Source: Bacteroidota bacterium (lineage in GTDB: Bacteria > Bacteroidota > Bacteroidia > Flavobacteriales > Flavobacteriaceae). Taken from it: DNA of 64,000 nucleotides. Position numbers and translations under genes: made by a program. A model generated the notes under the pieces. It did no database searches. It was not told where the DNA came from and was given only the letters and a program-made list of their open reading frames with translations. The stretch spans positions 691 through 64,690 of the forward strand of contig JBDLIB010000001.1 in assembly GCA_039715085.1 (NCBI GenBank), read 5' to 3'. Shown in pieces: positions 38,371 through 48,094 of this stretch. Position 1 is the stretch's first letter. Each line of letters opens with the position of its first letter.

Positions 38371-39093
38371 TTAGTTAGCAGAAGTTTGAGATAATTTATT
38401 GTTTAATAATTCGATACTGTCCAGGTAAGTCTTTGTAAAAGGAATTACGCAATCGCACTTTCTAATAATACACACCTTTTTCCCGTAATTGATTCTTTTT
38501 ATATAATCGCTGTTTACAATATAGCTTTTATGAACTCTGATGAAATTTTTGGGTAAAGATTTTTCAAATGTTTTTAGTGTTTTAAATGCACTTATGGTAT
38601 TTCCGTCTTTCATATGGAAGTCGGTAGAGTTGTTATCTGCTTCTAGATAGAGAATTTCATCAGTTTCTAAGTATTGATAGTCCTGGTAAGATTTTAAACA
38701 AATGGTTTTTTGGGTTTGGGAGGTTTGGGGATAATGCTTTTGGAATTTTTTTATTGCTATTCTAATGTCTACTTCTTTCAGGGGGCTGAGTAAGTAGTCA
38801 AAAAAATTACTTTTGATAGCAAAATATGCATTATCCCCTGTTGATGAGATACCTATAAACTTTGGCAATTCTTCTAAATATTGATGTAATTCACTTATGA
38901 ATTGAAATGGATTTTCTAATGCGTTATCGATATTAAAAAACACCAGATCAGGTGATCTTTTTAGTATAAGATTCAGTGAGTTATCACGATCATCAGTCAC
39001 TCCAACACATCTGAAATCCATGTAGTCTTCCATAACTTCTTTGATGTTATTGACGGAGTCATTATCCTTTTCGATGATCAAATAACTACTCAT
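38371..39093 (-). CDS. LytTR-family response-regulator-like protein
   Basis: REC-like N-terminus (DLVFFNID) and a LytTR C-terminus (EILYLEADNNSTDFHMKDGN...FIRVHKSYIVN). Confidence 0.75.
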   Translation of the reverse strand: MSSYLIIEKDNDSVNNIKEVMEDYMDFRCVGVTDDRDNSLNLILKRSPDLVFFNIDNALENPFQFISELHQYLEELPKFIGISSTGDNAYFAIKSNFFDYLLSPLKEVDIRIAIKKFQKHYPQTSQTQKTICLKSYQDYQYLETDEILYLEADNNSTDFHMKDGNTISAFKTLKTFEKSLPKNFIRVHKSYIVNSDYIKRINYGKKVCIIRKCDCVIPFTKTYLDSIELLNNKLSQTSAN

Positions 39094-39216
39094 TGTCCGG
39101 TGATGATATTAAGGAGCACAATTTAAATATAAGGCACTGATTGGTGGTTTTTGTTTTCCGTAGAATAAATAGTGGAAAACAATATATACATGAGGGTTGT
39201 TGTATGTGAAGTTAAA

Positions 39217-39238
39217 AATAGATGTGTGAAATAGATGT
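39217..39238. promoter_or_regulatory. direct repeats AATAGATGT x2 (13-bp phase) in the divergent LytTR / TM-MBL promoter region
   Basis: AATAGATGT at 39217-39225 and 39230-39238, each preceded by TGTGAA. LytTR regulators classically bind paired ~9-bp direct repeats. Confidence 0.3.
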
Positions 39239-39444
39239 AATATATATGGGAAAACCTTATGGATTTTATGGAGTGTCACTACCTCTTGTTTGTTGAGATG
39301 TTGTTTTTTTATTGGGAGAATAGGGTGTAGTAGATGAATAAATTTAGGTATTAATGTTATATGATAAATGGTGTTTATAAAATTGAAAATTTGTCGTATA
39401 ACGAGTTAAAACAATGCTAATGGAACATTTCAAAAGAATAAATA

Positions 39445-39930
39445 ATGAAAGAATTATTGGAAAAATTATCATCTTACAATATTTTTAATTATCTGTTTCC
39501 AGGGATAATATTTTCATTAATAGCATCAAAAATATCAGAATTGAACTTGATCCAATCTGATTATATGATTGGTGTATTTATGTATTACTTCGTTGGATTA
39601 ATAATCAGTAGATTAGGTTCATTAGTAATAGAGCCAATGTTAAAAAAAGTGAATTTTTTAAAGTTTGCCAAGTATGAAGACTTTGTTAATGTCGCGGAAA
39701 AGGATAGAAAACTTGAAATTTTATCTGAAACCAATAATATGTACAGGACAATAATAGCAATGTTTTTATTATTAATTCTGGTTAAAATTTATTTTTTAAT
39801 TGCTTCAAAATGGACATTATTAAACGATTATTGGAATTGTCTATTAATAGGACTACTTCTAATTATGTTTGTTTTTTCATATCGGAAGCAAACAAATTAT
39901 ATTACAAAACGAATTAAATCATCAAAATAA
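39445..39930 (+). CDS. small polytopic membrane protein (about 4 TM helices)
   Basis: 161 aa, strongly hydrophobic segments. Its stop overlaps the next ATG (TAATG). Confidence 0.5.
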   Translation: MKELLEKLSSYNIFNYLFPGIIFSLIASKISELNLIQSDYMIGVFMYYFVGLIISRLGSLVIEPMLKKVNFLKFAKYEDFVNVAEKDRKLEILSETNNMYRTIIAMFLLLILVKIYFLIASKWTLLNDYWNCLLIGLLLIMFVFSYRKQTNYITKRIKSSK

Positions 39931-40802
39931 TGGAACAAGTTTGTACAGTTGTTTTTTGGGATGTTCAACACGGACATTCAACTTATATCAAAACACCAAA
40001 TAATAGACACATTGTTGTTGACCTTGGAACTGGAGATTATTCAGGGAAAAATATTGAATTTAGTCCATTACGACATCTAAAATATAGTTATGGAGTTAAT
40101 CAACTGGATTACGTGATAGTTACACATCCTCATCTTGACCACATAGATGATATATTAAATTTCGATTTAATGGATCCTAAAATATTTCATAGACCGAGGC
40201 ATCTAACAGATAACGAAGTTATGGATGGTGTTCAAGAAACGGATAAAGAAAAGTTTGAAAAATATTGTAAGATTAATGATAGATATAATTCACCAATAGG
40301 CCCAACCAGTATAGACAATACATCTAAACCTGAAAATTGGGGAGGACTTAAAATCCAATCATTCACACCATCATCTTGTAATCATAATAATTTTAATAAT
40401 CATAGTATTGTTTTTGTCATTGAATTTGCTTCCACAAAAATTGTAATACCAGGGGACAATGAAAAATGTTCATATGATGAATTGTTAGAAAGACCTGGTT
40501 TTTTAACTGCTATCAAAAATGCCGATATATTGTTAGCCCCACACCATGGAAGGGAATCGGGATACAATGTTGACTTTGTGAATCAAGTTAATCCCAAATT
40601 AACTGTTGTTTCTGATGGACGATTTTGTGAAACAAGTGCTAATGCAAGATATTCTGCTAAAAGTAGTGGTTGGACTGTTCATAAAAAAAATGGGAGATCA
40701 GAAACTAGAAAATGTTTGACAACAAATTCTGATGGTGAGATTTTAGTGAGTTTTGGATATAATTCTGAAAACAGACCATATTTGTCAGTAACAATCGAAT
40801 AA
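39930..40802 (+). CDS. ComEC/Rec2-type metallo-beta-lactamase-fold hydrolase (second copy of the family)
   Basis: VIVTHPHLDHIDD (HxHxDH), IPGDNEK, LAPHHGRESG. Confidence 0.75.
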   Translation: MEQVCTVVFWDVQHGHSTYIKTPNNRHIVVDLGTGDYSGKNIEFSPLRHLKYSYGVNQLDYVIVTHPHLDHIDDILNFDLMDPKIFHRPRHLTDNEVMDGVQETDKEKFEKYCKINDRYNSPIGPTSIDNTSKPENWGGLKIQSFTPSSCNHNNFNNHSIVFVIEFASTKIVIPGDNEKCSYDELLERPGFLTAIKNADILLAPHHGRESGYNVDFVNQVNPKLTVVSDGRFCETSANARYSAKSSGWTVHKKNGRSETRKCLTTNSDGEILVSFGYNSENRPYLSVTIE

Positions 40803-40946
40803 GGTAAATCTATAATAAAGTATTAGATGATAGTCGAGATTGTAGTAGATGAGAGCATTGTAATCCCCCAAATCTAAGTTGCTATTTGAAAATGTGAGTT
40901 TCGAAGTTGGCTACTATTCTTACGCAAAATATTAGCATTAAAACCA

Positions 40947-43736
40947 TTGAAGTTAAATGGGAATAAAAAAGAAACCCTAATGAAGAAAAAAATTAAAATT
41001 ATATTATACCCAGAAGAACACAAATCTAAGAATGGAGTATTTTTTGAAGACTTAATGCGTAACATTCTTGACAAAGAAGGATATATACTTAATCAAAACA
41101 TTAATTTCACTGGTTTAGAAATAGACTTGTTAGCAAAACATAAAACGAGAAATGAAACATTAATTGTTGAATGTAAGGCGAAAGAGAAAGTAAAATCAAC
41201 AGAGTTGAAAAACTTTGCTTTTAATGTAATGGATAAGGAAGTTGATTATGGGTATTTTGTTCATACAGAAGAATTAGATCATCAGGCAGCAGGATTGAGA
41301 GATGAGTGGAAGAATAAAGCAAAATATAAAAATTTAACATTTCTTGGTCCAGACAAAATAATTGAACTTTTAATTGATGCAAATAAAATTAAAACCCTTG
41401 ATATTTCTAAAATTCCTAGCCAAGAAGCAATTGATGAGATTGTATTAGCTTATGCTTTTTTTGGAATTTTTTATATTATAATTCCTTATGATGGTACTAA
41501 GAAAACATTTTTTTATTTAGTTGATGCTGTCACAGGTCTGATATATAGTAATGTAAAGGAGTTGGCTAACTCAGACATATCAGATAATTTGACAAAAGAA
41601 AATATATTAAAAAAAGAAGTTAAGGAAATAGCAAATTTATCTTTTGTCGATTTAAACCAGACTAAGAAGCATGATACTACTCCAGAAATTCAAAAATTTA
41701 CTTGTGATTACCCTGTAGAATTATCAAATTGGGTTGGCAGAAAACAAGAATTAAAGAATATAGAATTAAAAAACTTCAATGTTGTTTTTATAACAGGCAT
41801 TGGAGGACAAGGAAAATCTGCGCTGGCTTCATATTATATACAGAATATTGTTTCATTCGATAATTATTGGGAATATTGGGATTGGAGAGATTTGAAAGAA
41901 GAAGGTAACCGGTTGCACACAAAAGTAATTTCAATAATTGAGCGATTGACACTTGGGAAAGTAAATCCAGTAAATATCAAAGACGAGCCACTTGAGATTT
42001 TACTAGAGATGGTTTTTAAATATCTTAAAGACAGAAAAATTGTTTTTGTTTTTGATAATGTTGATAAGTATATAGATTTAGAAGAATTTACATTAACAGG
42101 AGGATTAAAAACCTTATATGATTTTATAAAAAGATCTCCTCATTCTTCAAAATTTATTTTTACATGTAGACCTTCTGTGATGATTGCAGATGTTGATTTT
42201 TATCAAATAAAATTAGATGGTATATCGGAAGATGAGACAATAGAGTTATTCAAGAAAAGTGATATAAACTTTAAAGAAGAGGAGTTGGAGAGAATAGCAA
42301 AAGAAACTTATAAAATTACAAATGGACATCCACATTGGATTAAGCTATTTATAGGCCAATCATATAGTGGTAAAGAAGAACTATTTAAGTTTATTAAAAT
42401 TGTTAAAGATAAAACCAATTTTAAAGAGGATAATTTATCAGCAATATATTCAGTAAATATATTAAATGCTATTTGGGATACACTCAATGATAATCAAAAA
42501 GTTCTTTTAAGAAGTTTAGCGGAGACCGTAAAAGCTGAAATAGAAAAGGATTTAGGTAAAATAGTTAATCCTGAATTAAATTATAATCGTTTTCATAGGG
42601 CTATGAAAAAATTAAAACGTTTAAATTTAATAGTAACAAAAGTGTTAAAAGATGAAAAAGATCAGTTAGAATTACATCCTCTTGTTAAAGAATTTGTATT
42701 ACAAAAATATCCTCTTCAAAATGAACGTTCAAAATTTATCACACTATTTGTTAATTATTACGACAATGTAATTTGTGTTCTTAGAGAACGGCTTAATTGG
42801 AATATGTCATTTAAAGATTTTGAGCAATGGACAAGTAAAATTGAATTAGAAGTGAATAATCATGATTTTAAATCAGCTTTAATTACTTTAAAGGAAGTTG
42901 AGGATCCATTATTAACGGCAGGTTATTTAACAGAGTTCATAAGAGTATCAAACTTGATATTCTCAAATATTGATTGGCGTAATGCAGTTAGTGAGGAATA
43001 TAGTTACTTTAATGAATTGTTAAAAGTATATATTACTACATTAACAGAGTTGGGTAGAACTGTAAAAGCAAACGACTTAATTGCAAAATATTCAAATACT
43101 ATTCATGGAAAAGGTGGAAATTATATTAACTACTGTGAAATTAACTGTTATTACCATTGGTTTAGTGGAGATTATGAAAATGCAATAAAATGGGGAGAAC
43201 GTATAGTTGAACTAAAAAAGAGTGAAAATGGCAATCATATAATTAATTCATTGGCACTTGCATGGCGAGATAGTAAGGAAGATAAGAATATTGATAAGGC
43301 TATTAAATTTTTTCTTGAAGGAGAAGATATCAAGGAAGTAATAAAACCGCAAATAATTAAGAATGAGTTAAATGGTCCTTTTTATGGTAATATAGGAAGG
43401 TGTTTATTTTTTAAAAAAGACTATGATAACGCTATAACATGCTATAGAAAATCATATCAAATGCTTGATAAAGAAAAGGTAACAGATACCGATATGAATA
43501 AAGGTTTTGCGTTTCTCTGGATATGTGAAGCTTTGTTTGAAAAAAAAGATTATAAATCAGCTTTATTTTTTGCTAAAAATGCAAGTCATTTATGGGAAAA
43601 TATATCTCCTCCAAAAGCCAAAATTGCAAATAATTTAATTGAAAATATTAAGAAATTGTATGTGTCTCACAACAACATAAATACCTTGGGAGAAGATGAG
43701 ATAAATGATTTTTGTAGAAAATGGATTAATAACTAA
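40947..43736 (+). CDS. Mrr-like nuclease + STAND (NB-ARC-like) NTPase + TPR protein (Avs-like)
   Basis: Mrr_cat-like FEDLMRNILDKEGY...GLEIDLLAKH...LIVECKAK. P-loop GIGGQGKSALA, Walker B IVFVFDNVD, TNGHPHWIKLF. C-terminal TPR-like repeats. An alternative ATG lies at 40980. Confidence 0.75.
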   Translation: MKLNGNKKETLMKKKIKIILYPEEHKSKNGVFFEDLMRNILDKEGYILNQNINFTGLEIDLLAKHKTRNETLIVECKAKEKVKSTELKNFAFNVMDKEVDYGYFVHTEELDHQAAGLRDEWKNKAKYKNLTFLGPDKIIELLIDANKIKTLDISKIPSQEAIDEIVLAYAFFGIFYIIIPYDGTKKTFFYLVDAVTGLIYSNVKELANSDISDNLTKENILKKEVKEIANLSFVDLNQTKKHDTTPEIQKFTCDYPVELSNWVGRKQELKNIELKNFNVVFITGIGGQGKSALASYYIQNIVSFDNYWEYWDWRDLKEEGNRLHTKVISIIERLTLGKVNPVNIKDEPLEILLEMVFKYLKDRKIVFVFDNVDKYIDLEEFTLTGGLKTLYDFIKRSPHSSKFIFTCRPSVMIADVDFYQIKLDGISEDETIELFKKSDINFKEEELERIAKETYKITNGHPHWIKLFIGQSYSGKEELFKFIKIVKDKTNFKEDNLSAIYSVNILNAIWDTLNDNQKVLLRSLAETVKAEIEKDLGKIVNPELNYNRFHRAMKKLKRLNLIVTKVLKDEKDQLELHPLVKEFVLQKYPLQNERSKFITLFVNYYDNVICVLRERLNWNMSFKDFEQWTSKIELEVNNHDFKSALITLKEVEDPLLTAGYLTEFIRVSNLIFSNIDWRNAVSEEYSYFNELLKVYITTLTELGRTVKANDLIAKYSNTIHGKGGNYINYCEINCYYHWFSGDYENAIKWGERIVELKKSENGNHIINSLALAWRDSKEDKNIDKAIKFFLEGEDIKEVIKPQIIKNELNGPFYGNIGRCLFFKKDYDNAITCYRKSYQMLDKEKVTDTDMNKGFAFLWICEALFEKKDYKSALFFAKNASHLWENISPPKAKIANNLIENIKKLYVSHNNINTLGEDEINDFCRKWINN

Positions 43737-43899
43737 AGATACTAACTTTTTTTATAGGTAATGTTAATGACAGTGAGATGTCTATTAAGGTTTGTAAGTA
43801 GTAAACTTAGTATTAGGATAGGCATGTGGGGGCTAATCAATCTAACAATCCTTAGTTCATCTGATTTACTATTATGCTATAAAATAAAAAAACAAATAA

Positions 43900-44786
43900 A
43901 TGAGTACATTCATAACAGGAAAAGACTTAGAAGAAAAATTGACAGACATTATATGGAACGCTAATAAGTATGTCATAATAATTTCACCTTTTATCAAATT
44001 GGATAATCATGTAAAAAGATTTTTGATAAACTTAAGGCTACCCATGAAGTCAATATCATATTAATCTTTGGTAAAAACGAAGGTTATAAACAAAAGAGTT
44101 TTAATAAGGATGATTTTGAATATTTTAAAGAATTTAAAAATATATCAATTTTATATAACAAAGATTTACACGCAAAACATTATTGTAATGAAAAAGAAGC
44201 CCTAATTACTTCATTAAATTTATATGATTACTCAATGATCAACAATATTGAATATGGAGTGCATTTCACCAGAAACATTCTCAATCCAACAGATAAATTA
44301 TTTGATGAAACTAAGGAATTTACTGATGAATTGATTTTAGAGAAAAGTGAGGTAGTTTTTGTAAAAAAGCCACAGTATAAGAAAAAAATATTTGGGCTAA
44401 CTAAATCATATCAAGATTCAACAGTATTATTTGATATATCAGATGATTTTTTCAGAGGTAGGAGATACGAAGTGAAATACTTAAAAGAATTTGATTACGA
44501 GGATTCTACTGATGTAGATAAACTTTACGAGACAAAACCTCAACGAGGTTCTGTAGATCTTAATTGGAATAAAAGAAAAAATGGTGCTAGAAATGTTTCT
44601 ATAAAACATGGATACTGCATAAGGACTGGGGGTCAAATTCCATTTAATCCCCAAAGACCCTATTCTTATGATGCATATAAAACATGGAGTCAATTTGAGA
44701 ATCCAGATTACGAAGAAAATTACTGTCATAGAACGGGACGTAAAAGTAATGGAAAAACAAGCATGAGACAACCTGTATTGTATTAG
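43900..44786 (+). pseudogene. PLD-family (single HKD) nuclease-like gene interrupted by a 1-nt frameshift in an A-run
   Basis: Frame 1 gives MSTFITGKDLEEKLTDIIWNANKYVIIISPFIKLDNHVK. Frame 0 continues (K)IFDKLKATHEVNIILIFGKNEG...LHAKHYCNEKEALITSLNL (HxK...N motif). The switch occurs at A5 (44013-44017). Confidence 0.65.
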
Positions 44787-44957
44787 GGAGCTATTGCATA
44801 ACTATGATTATTATCTTTAAGGGTTATTGGTTTTTAAAAAAGTGATAGAATTTAAATTATGAAACTTTATAAGATTATGAGTTAAACTGATAAGTATTTA
44901 TTAATGAGGTTTGCTAATATATAAAACCCTATAGAATAGCTAGAATTCTTTAAGATT

Positions 44958-45329
44958 TTATTCATTAACAGTAGGTGTAAAATTTTTAAACCTATTAAAG
45001 ACTTTTAAAAGATTGATAAGGTTTTCAAATCTTTCAGCCTGTACTTTGACTTTAGGAATTCTATCATGTTCAGATACATCCTCTTTCTGCAATTTTAATT
45101 GATTCTCTAAACTGGATTTAGCTTTTTTAAGATCATCTAACAAAGCATCAATATTATTATTATAAAGGAAATCAATAAGTTCATCGGTAACTTTATTTTT
45201 TTCATAAATGAATGAGCCCTTAGGAGCTGTAAGTTCGGTATTGGCCTTGAATATAAAAGAATATGTTAATCCGTCTGATGATATCTCAACTTCCAGATTT
45301 TGATCTTTATTTGAAATAATAGAATCCAT
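44958..45329 (-). CDS. hypothetical protein
   Basis: 123-aa ORF, tightly followed by the 79-aa ORF. Confidence 0.35.
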   Translation of the reverse strand: MDSIISNKDQNLEVEISSDGLTYSFIFKANTELTAPKGSFIYEKNKVTDELIDFLYNNNIDALLDDLKKAKSSLENQLKLQKEDVSEHDRIPKVKVQAERFENLINLLKVFNRFKNFTPTVNE

Positions 45330-45341
45330 GATATTTCAATT

Positions 45342-45581
45342 TTATAGAATTGATTTGCGTTTTGCTATGGCTAATTTTTTTCTTCTCACTAATTCGTAAA
45401 TTGCATCTTCAACATCCTCGTTGTTGTTTTGTCCATTGAGTACTTTAGTTATGTATACAGAATTATGAGATTTGTTCTGCTTATTCACAACTCCTCTTTC
45501 ATTTAAAATCTGTAAAACTTCTTTGCTGTATTCCCTCCCAATAACTTTTTTTATCTTATTTCTTTCCGATTTTGAAATCAT
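45342..45581 (-). CDS. small basic, probably DNA-binding, protein
   Basis: 79 aa, Lys/Arg-rich ends. Divergent from an HTH gene. Confidence 0.35.
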   Translation of the reverse strand: MISKSERNKIKKVIGREYSKEVLQILNERGVVNKQNKSHNSVYITKVLNGQNNNEDVEDAIYELVRRKKLAIAKRKSIL

Positions 45582-45690
45582 AGTTAAACACTATTGTTTT
45601 TAATTTTTATAGTTCCTATATTGTTCCTATATTGATAATACAAAATAAAGGAAATATCCTATAAAAAACAAGGAAATATCCAATATAATT

Positions 45691-46047
45691 ATGAGTCCGA
45701 AAGAGAAAATACGCTTATATATTGAGACAAAAGGTATTACCTTGTATCAGTTTGAAAAAATGATTGGTATTAGTCATGGAACAATGCGTAAAGGAAAAGA
45801 CTTTGGAGTAAGTATATTGCCAAAAATACGTGAATATTTCCCCGATTTGAATATTGGCTGGTTAGTTTATGATGAAGGTGAAATGATTTTGGATAGGGAA
45901 GGAGTTGTTACTAATAAATATGATTTAGGACAGCATGATAAAGAAAATCTCATTTCAGAAGAATTAATCAAACTACAAAAGGAACTTATTAATGTACAAC
46001 AAGATCTTATTAAGTGCCAAAAGGAAAATGCCAGTATGAAAAAATAA
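45691..46047 (+). CDS. XRE-like HTH protein with a C-terminal coiled coil
   Basis: IRLYIETKGITLYQFEKMIGISHGTMRKGK HTH, then LIKLQKELINVQQDLIKCQKE. Confidence 0.55.
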   Translation: MSPKEKIRLYIETKGITLYQFEKMIGISHGTMRKGKDFGVSILPKIREYFPDLNIGWLVYDEGEMILDREGVVTNKYDLGQHDKENLISEELIKLQKELINVQQDLIKCQKENASMKK

Positions 46048-46897
46048 TAAAGTAGGATTACTATTTTGAAGAATATAGTAACTGTTTATAAAGACTAGCT
46101 TTTGTTTAAAAAGTTCTTATCCTCTTTTTATTTATACTGCAACTACAATTCAATTTTTGTAAGGAATTTCTTATGAGGGTATTGTCTAATTCAATAATCA
46201 TATTTGTGTTATTATTGAGATAATATCTTAAAGTGCCTTAATATCTTCCAAAGAAACTCTGCTTTAGAGAATAAACAAATAATGCTCGAACCACAAATAA
46301 TTTTACTCTCTGTTTAAATTTTTTAAATATTGAAAATATGACCCCTTATAAAAGAAAAAAGTTGGAATATCACTCAAAATATCAAAACCAGAGAATTGAC
46401 GAAATTTCTAAAAAGGTTTCATGGGCAAGAATATTTCCTAATTGATTGGTTTATTTATGATATTGGTTATTTAAGTAATAGTTTTTTGATTATAAATAGA
46501 TTAAAATAAAAGGTTGCGCCTTACTTATTATATGGCATAGCCTTACTTTAAAGAAAAAATTAAATATTATTTTTTAAAAGTTTTGAGAAAATTAAATTTT
46601 GTCAAACAGTTTTTTTCTTTTAAGTTTGAGAATTGAAAACTAAGGTATTAGGGGGTAATTAACTTTAGTATTTTTACAAAAATGATAAGTAGATGATTAT
46701 GTCTAAAGATGACAAAATCCTCCAATTAAAGTAAATAAAATAAATATACACAAATATGTTTAATTTAAAACCAATGCCTATGAAATAGTTATCAGCCTTC
46801 AACCAGAGGAAAGTATTGCAAAAGTAGTACACCTTGTAGTTTTTACAAAATTATAATGAGCTTAATGTTCAATTAACAAATTTAAATTATAAAAATC

Positions 46898-47185
46898 ATG
46901 AAAAATACATTTTTAACATTCGTATTATTACTAACCGTTTCGTTTGCTTTTGCAACAAATGAATTGGAAAATATTTCAACTTTATCAAATTATAGTCTCG
47001 AAAAAAATGATAAGACAGATGGAAATATAATTGTTAAAACGGAAATTTTAGACAAAATTCTTAAAGATAATAAAGTTTTAGAATGTAGTATGGTTATAAA
47101 TTATTATGATGTACATGGAGATCTTATAAGCACAAGACATTATTATACTAGTGGATCATGTGAATCTCTATTAGCTATGATGTAA
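46898..47185 (+). CDS. small secreted protein
   Basis: Signal peptide MKNTFLTFVLLLTVSFAFA. 95 aa. Confidence 0.35.
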   Translation: MKNTFLTFVLLLTVSFAFATNELENISTLSNYSLEKNDKTDGNIIVKTEILDKILKDNKVLECSMVINYYDVHGDLISTRHYYTSGSCESLLAMM

Positions 47186-47341
47186 CTAATAGACTGAAAA
47201 TTCATATGGAATATTGATGAACCTGTTAAATGCAAATTATTATTTAGCAGGTTCTCAAAATATTCAGCAAGAACAAGAGATTCGAGTTCTTCTAAACTTA
47301 TGCTTTTAAAATTTTGAGATTTTAACTAATAATAAATAACT

Positions 47342-48094
47342 ATGAAAAAAATTAAAACGAGTATACTTTTTATATTTATATTTTTCTCTGCTTTTTCACA
47401 AACTAAATTAGAAATTCATTATAACGTTTATTTTAATTTTGGTTTACCTATCGAAAAATTAGGGGTATTAAAAATTACTGAAAATAAATCACTATTCGAA
47501 ATACAAACAAAAAATGCAAATTCAAGTCTTAAATTAAATGAAAATGGAGAATATACAAAGGTCGTTTCTTTTACAGAAAAGGGGTTTATTGATTCTTATT
47601 TTATAGATTTTGAAAAACAAATATTTGTATTAGAAGAAAATATATTGGGAGAAACTTATGTCGTTACAAGAGGGCTACATAATATTGATTGGATAGTTAT
47701 GGAGAAAACAAAAAAAATAGGTTCTTTTGATTGTCAATTGGCTACAGGTGAATTTAGAGGTAGAATATATAATGTTTGGTTTACAACTAAAATTCCAATA
47801 ATATCTGGTCCATGGAAATTATACGGTTTACCAGGATTAATTTTAGAGGCAACGGATAGTTTAAATCAAGTTCAATTTGTAATGGAATCTATTAAAACCA
47901 TAGATGATCCAATAAATTTCAAATCATTAAAAGGAAGTAAAGAAATAACTTTTGAGGAATATGTTTATAAAAAAGAGAATTATAAAAAAGAGTTTTCAAA
48001 AAAAGTTGATTCAAAATTACCCAGAGAAATAAGAGGAGAATCTGTAATATCTAAATCAAAAGGCCTAGAAGTCTTTGACAATACAAATAATTAA
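47342..48094 (+). CDS. GLPGLI family protein
   Basis: Signal peptide plus the eponymous YGLPGLILEA motif. Confidence 0.8.
   Translation: MKKIKTSILFIFIFFSAFSQTKLEIHYNVYFNFGLPIEKLGVLKITENKSLFEIQTKNANSSLKLNENGEYTKVVSFTEKGFIDSYFIDFEKQIFVLEENILGETYVVTRGLHNIDWIVMEKTKKIGSFDCQLATGEFRGRIYNVWFTTKIPIISGPWKLYGLPGLILEATDSLNQVQFVMESIKTIDDPINFKSLKGSKEITFEEYVYKKENYKKEFSKKVDSKLPREIRGESVISKSKGLEVFDNTNN

Noticed and set aside
43761-43964. 67-aa ORF between the STAND and PLD genes
   Set aside because: It overlaps the true PLD start (43900) out of frame and covers a site-like spacer. It has no domain signal.
46048-46897. Possible gene remnants or an RNA gene in the 850-bp ORF-free stretch
   Set aside because: By-eye translation of several frames gave only short, unrecognisable peptides, and I saw no convincing structure. 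It remains unexplained rather than annotated.
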